NCBI GenBank assembly: GCA_034669905.1
Contig: JAXMOL010000069.1
Location: 1-34,737, forward strand
Reading direction: 5' to 3'
Length of the DNA: 34,737 nt
Source: Candidatus Hydrogenedentota bacterium
Lineage (GTDB): Bacteria > Hydrogenedentota > Hydrogenedentia > Hydrogenedentales > JAEUWI01
This document shows, in pieces, positions 31,663 to 34,737 of the stretch (the first letter of the stretch is position 1; each line of letters opens with the position of its first letter). Both the position numbers and the translations under genes were made by a program. Below the pieces are notes generated by a model. The model was given only the letters and a program-made list of their open reading frames with translations. It was not told the DNA's origin and searched no databases.

Positions 31663-31738
31663 GGGGCTGTAGCTCAGTTGGTAGAGTGCTGCGTTCGCAA
31701 TGCAGAGGTCAGGAGTTCGATCCTCCTCAGCTCCACCA
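31663..31738 (+). tRNA. tRNA-Ala (anticodon CGC)
   Basis: 76-nt cloverleaf: acceptor GGGGCTG/CAGCTCC with G3:U70, anticodon arm CTGCG-TTCGCAA-TGCAG, T-loop TTCGATC, encoded CCA. Confidence 0.97.
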
Positions 31739-31747
31739 TGTAAGTTC

Positions 31748-31789
31748 TTGCCGCGCAAGGGTTTAGGGAAACCAGCCTTTGCGCGGCAA
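31748..31789. repeat. Inverted repeat immediately after the tRNA
   Basis: TTGCCGCGCAAGGG / CCTTTGCGCGGCAA (11 bp perfect plus 3 bp with one G:T). Confidence 0.75.
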
Positions 31790-31806
31790 TTCTGTATTTA
31801 GGGGCC

Positions 31807-31827
31807 GTTATCATTTTGTTATCATTT
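31807..31827. repeat. Tandem 10-bp direct repeat GTTATCATTT (11-bp period), candidate integrase arm-type sites
   Basis: GTTATCATTT at 31807-31816 and 31818-31827, about 70-90 bp from the tRNA 3' end. Confidence 0.6.
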
Positions 31828-31828
31828 C

Positions 31829-32149
31829 TTACCCGCCCGCCGTCCGTAGGTGCCGCAGCTCCGCACGCGCGCTTTCCAGCTGCTTTTCCAGCGTCGCCAC
31901 CTTCGCCGCTAACGTGTCGATATTCTCGGCCTTGCTGTACCCTTGCTGGGGTTGCGTTCGTGCCTTGTGGGGCATCCTCGGGCCTTTATTTTGAGCGAAT
32001 AGGCTGCGCGGTAGCGGTTTCGGCTCTGTGCGCCGCTTTGCGGGCTTTCCGCGCGCCGGTGTCGGCTTTCGGGTCGGTCGCGGGCCGTAGCAGAGCCTAC
32101 GGAATACTTCAATATCGCCTATGCGCGTAATGCGCCAGTATGTTTCCAT
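31829..32149 (-). CDS. Hypothetical basic protein with a C-terminal coiled coil (106 aa)
   Basis: Start METYW after GGAG; Arg/Lys/Pro-rich middle; heptad tail IDTLAAKVATLEKQLESARAELRHL. Confidence 0.55.
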   Translation of the reverse strand: METYWRITRIGDIEVFRRLCYGPRPTRKPTPARGKPAKRRTEPKPLPRSLFAQNKGPRMPHKARTQPQQGYSKAENIDTLAAKVATLEKQLESARAELRHLRTAGG

Positions 32150-32167
32150 TGGGTGTGCTCCGTGGTT

Positions 32168-32206
32168 AAAAAAAGCCCCGCCACTCTGGAGAAGGAGTGA
32201 CGGGGC
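32168..32206 (-). terminator. Intrinsic terminator ending the capsid operon
   Basis: Minus strand GCCCCGTCACTC-8nt-GAGTGGCGGGGC-TTTTTTT. Confidence 0.88.
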
Positions 32207-32259
32207 GCACGCAGAAAACCCGACTGGCATAAGAGGCCGTATGCCGGGACTTCTAAAAC

Positions 32260-32700
32260 TTATGCGCTCAGGGCACTAACGGCCTGCGCGCTGGCAATCA
32301 CGGTAGCGTCCTGCGTAACAGGTGCCGCGTCTGCATTGCCCTGAATGGCGATGATTCCACCCACTACCGCGTCAGCCGTGCCACGGGTCAATACAGCCCG
32401 TGCATACCGACGAAGCGGGTAGGTGAGTTCCACGGCCATCAGCTTGCTATCCGCATCAGATGCGCCAGCGGTAAACGTCGTGGTCGCCGTCGTGGCTTCC
32501 ATGTCGCTGTTGTCGCTCTCGTCGCCGTGCTGAATGGTGAGGGTCAACACGCTGGTGTCGGTGACGTCACCCAGGAGGGTGGCGAAGGTCACCGTATCGA
32601 AGCCCTTCATGTCCAGCGTGTCGCTGGTCAGCGTGGTCTGTCCAGCCGCCGCAGCCGCTTCCGCCACACACAACTTATTGTTTTCGAGAAAGTTATTCAT
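32260..32700 (-). CDS. Putative capsid cement/decoration protein
   Basis: 146-aa Thr/Ala-rich protein with beta-strand patterning directly after the capsid gene; LDMKGFDTVTF..IQHGD..RRYAR pattern; RBS AAAGG. Confidence 0.55.
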   Translation of the reverse strand: MNNFLENNKLCVAEAAAAAGQTTLTSDTLDMKGFDTVTFATLLGDVTDTSVLTLTIQHGDESDNSDMEATTATTTFTAGASDADSKLMAVELTYPLRRYARAVLTRGTADAVVGGIIAIQGNADAAPVTQDATVIASAQAVSALSA

Positions 32701-32712
32701 GGGGTGCCTTTC

Positions 32713-33846
32713 TTAGCTCAAACCGCTGAGCTGGCAGAATGCTGCTTCATGGGTGGCGAATACGTCCATGGGAAGGATGACGCGGAATTGCACCATATCC
32801 TTATTGAACACGCCGTCACCGTGGAAGCTGGTATCTAGCCGCACGCCAGTAGGTGAGACGGCATAGAATAGTTTCGAGAAATCCCCGACAAACGCGAGCG
32901 CGTCGGTGGCCTTCGTCGTGGTGTACTTCGGGAGTGCGTCATACCCACGGGGCGGGTTCAGATACTGCCCGTCGTTCGAGTCCTTGAGAATAGCCAATTC
33001 GTAGTCCGTGCCGGGACTCCAAATCGCGCCGGTAGGCTCGTGGAACGCATTGCGCACGGTCTTTACCGCGTTCAGGATGTCGTCATAATTAACGTCACCA
33101 ACGCCGGTAATTGAGCCGATGCCGTCCATATTTGCGAGTCCGGTAGGCTCTTCGCCCGCGCCATCGCCCAGGAGGGCCACACGGTCCATTTCCGCGCCGA
33201 GCGCGTTCTGTAGCGTCTGCTGAATAAGCTGTGCCGCGTTGTCGCCGTACTCGATAAGCTCACGCGATGCACTAACAAGGCAGGTGATTTTCCGGAGTCG
33301 GATAGACTGAATTCCAAAGGTCATCTCGGATTCAGGAATGGTGCCGCCTTCCGGCGTAAACTGCACGTCCGGGTCCGTGAGCAGTTTGGCCATACGGCCC
33401 TGATTATATCCGTCCGGTAAAACCACGGTCTGTGCACCCGCCGCCGTTACGACGGACTTGGCACGGGCAAGGTCGATAGCCCCCCGCGATGCCGGGGTAG
33501 TCAGCAGGTACCCGCCCGTCGAGTCTTGGCCGGTGACATGCGCCTTGGTGTCAAGGTCGGGGTCATCCTTGCCGGTGATAATAGACTTAATGAGCCGCCC
33601 AAGTACGGGGTCCGTGCTCGGTGCGGTCAGCCGGTCGCCCTTCGCCAGGCAGGTAATTTCTCGCCCGTCTTCCATCTTCCAGCGCATGCCGGTCGTGTGG
33701 GCCTTCTGGGCCGTCGTGGTGGGGGTGTTCAGCTTGGCCTCGAGTTCGTCGACACGGTCGGCGGTCTTGTCCAGCTTGGTAATCTGCTCTTCTTTGAATT
33801 CGGAAAAGTCTTTTCCGATATCCTCGATTAGGGTGTCAATTTCCAC
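32713..33846 (-). CDS. Phage major capsid protein, HK97 fold, with N-terminal delta/scaffold domain
   Basis: Coiled-coil N-terminus, TK-AHVTGQDSTGGYLL, PEGGTIPES, SRELI, LLGDGAGEEPTGL, LKDSNDGQYL, GDFS, FNKDMVQFR, HEAAF; GTG start after AAGGA. Confidence 0.9.
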   Translation of the reverse strand: MEIDTLIEDIGKDFSEFKEEQITKLDKTADRVDELEAKLNTPTTTAQKAHTTGMRWKMEDGREITCLAKGDRLTAPSTDPVLGRLIKSIITGKDDPDLDTKAHVTGQDSTGGYLLTTPASRGAIDLARAKSVVTAAGAQTVVLPDGYNQGRMAKLLTDPDVQFTPEGGTIPESEMTFGIQSIRLRKITCLVSASRELIEYGDNAAQLIQQTLQNALGAEMDRVALLGDGAGEEPTGLANMDGIGSITGVGDVNYDDILNAVKTVRNAFHEPTGAIWSPGTDYELAILKDSNDGQYLNPPRGYDALPKYTTTKATDALAFVGDFSKLFYAVSPTGVRLDTSFHGDGVFNKDMVQFRVILPMDVFATHEAAFCQLSGLS

Positions 33847-34010
33847 TGAATCATTTCCTTGAAATACATAACGATGTGTTTGAAGCTCCCGTCTATAGCG
33901 TCTCGCTCAGCGATTGCTTTGTATCCATCAGCCAAGAGGGCCATGGATTGTTTACGGGAAAGCCCAACGTCTCGCAGTGCTCTCTCGATTTCTCTTTTCC
34001 CGGGGGTCAT
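33828..34010 (-). CDS. 60-aa protein resembling only the C-terminal extension of HK97-type prohead proteases
   Basis: KREIERALRDVGLSRKQSMALLADGYKAIAERDA resembles the 'REFE..LRDAGFSR..A..G..A..RDA' protease tail as I recall it; own RBS (GGAG) and ATGA overlap. Confidence 0.6.
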   Translation of the reverse strand: MTPGKREIERALRDVGLSRKQSMALLADGYKAIAERDAIDGSFKHIVMYFKEMIQWKLTP

Positions 34011-34225
34011 GACTCCGCCCGAAATGCTTTGCTTGCCTCACGGAATGAGGCCAATACTTTTTCCGCCGCTTCCTCGTGGCGTGCCACCAGTCGCGCATGG
34101 GTGTTTATGCCTAAAAGAATCCGGATGAATTCCGAGACGGTCACGCCGTGCCCGTGGGCCGTGTGCTTGAGTTGTTCCGCGTCTTCGGTGGGAATCCGGA
34201 ATGTGATCATGCTTGTTTCGCTCAT
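34007..34225 (-). CDS. Ribbon-helix-helix (CopG/Arc-like) DNA-binding protein
   Basis: MITFRIPTEDAEQLKHTAHGHGVTVSEFIRILL beta-alpha-alpha pattern. Confidence 0.72.
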   Translation of the reverse strand: MSETSMITFRIPTEDAEQLKHTAHGHGVTVSEFIRILLGINTHARLVARHEEAAEKVLASFREASKAFRAES

Positions 34226-34737
34226 GCCATAACCGCCGCTCTGTTGGTTGTGTTGTCTGCAATTTGCCGGAGTAGGTCTACCTGTTGCCGGTCACTGTTT
34301 CGCTCCATGGAATACGTGGGTCCACGAAAGGAGGTAAGGCGCGCGCTACCGGTGCCAGCCTCGCCCATGTCTTGGTTAATCGTCGCCTGTTTGGACTTCT
34401 CAGCGGTAATAGCCTTCTCGGTGTCCAGTCGGTCACTTGCCGCCGTATTAGCGAAGTTATCCGCCTTGGCTTGCTGCTCGTGCATATAGGCTTGGAATCG
34501 GTCGCCTAGGCCTTTACCGTCGCGCCGTCGGCCTGCTATAGCGTCTATCTTGGCCTGCGCCTCTGCCGCTTCCGCTGCGTAGCCGTCCGCCATCCGCCCG
34601 AAGCTTACACTCTCATTCTCCGCGCCGCCCGCCGCGTCAAGTAGGCGTTTAGCCTCTGCGCGGTGTTCCGGCGGGATGCCGCTAAGAATACGCTTTTCAG
34701 CCGTCCGCTTGCCGCGCTCTTCGGAGCCGGTGAGGAT
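34222..34737 (-). CDS. Partial helical protein, possibly the C-terminus of a tail tape-measure-like protein
   Basis: Frame stays open from 34222 to the window end (adds ILTGSEERGKR...SFGR before MADG); Ala/Glu/Gln-rich; ends QQVDLLRQIADNT. Confidence 0.45.
   Translation of the reverse strand: MLTGSEERGKRTAEKRILSGIPPEHRAEAKRLLDAAGGAENESVSFGRMADGYAAEAAEAQAKIDAIAGRRRDGKGLGDRFQAYMHEQQAKADNFANTAASDRLDTEKAITAEKSKQATINQDMGEAGTGSARLTSFRGPTYSMERNSDRQQVDLLRQIADNTTNRAAVMA

Larger units (their letters stand above)
31739..34737 (-). mobile_element. Left end of a probable tRNA-integrated prophage-like element or phage satellite (continues beyond the window)
   Basis: Capsid module directly downstream of the tRNA 3' end; strand switch; arm-site-like repeats; integrase and att duplication not visible in this window. 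Confidence 0.75.

Noticed and set aside
32713..33846. Encapsulin or gene transfer agent interpretation of the capsid gene
   Set aside because: It has an N-terminal delta domain, a cement-like neighbour and a tRNA-edge context, with no cargo enzyme and no GTA head-tail cluster.

Overview
Bacterial chromosomal window of fairly high GC. The two pilin-like DUF1559 genes carry an '[15 protein letters not shown]' motif that I associate with Candidatus Hydrogenedentota; this taxonomy is an inference. Bases ~318-31600 are densely coding host genes: a membrane protein, an NDP-sugar epimerase, a hybrid His-kinase, a Ser/Thr kinase, rhodanese, a flavoprotein / type III PKS / methyltransferase cluster, two DUF1559 genes close to pilD, a ROK kinase, mannose-6-P isomerase, an ECF sigma with a ZAS-FecR anti-sigma, a TroABCD-type metal ABC transporter whose first permease is fused to a DtxR domain, a PhyH dioxygenase, RluA, a 4-PDZ HtrA followed by a catalytically dead trypsin-fold partner, and a folM-folB/X-folK-folE pterin operon. 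A tRNA-Ala(CGC) at 31663-31738 marks the edge of a probable integrated phage-related element that runs off the right end of the window. Its visible part is an unusual, translationally coupled operon: tape-measure-like ORF (partial), RHH regulator, a 60-aa protein resembling only the C-terminal tail of an HK97 prohead protease, HK97 major capsid protein, capsid cement-like protein, terminator. No portal, full protease or head-tail genes flank the capsid gene, which suggests a capsid-encoding phage satellite. All assignments come from reading motifs by eye; no database searches were run.
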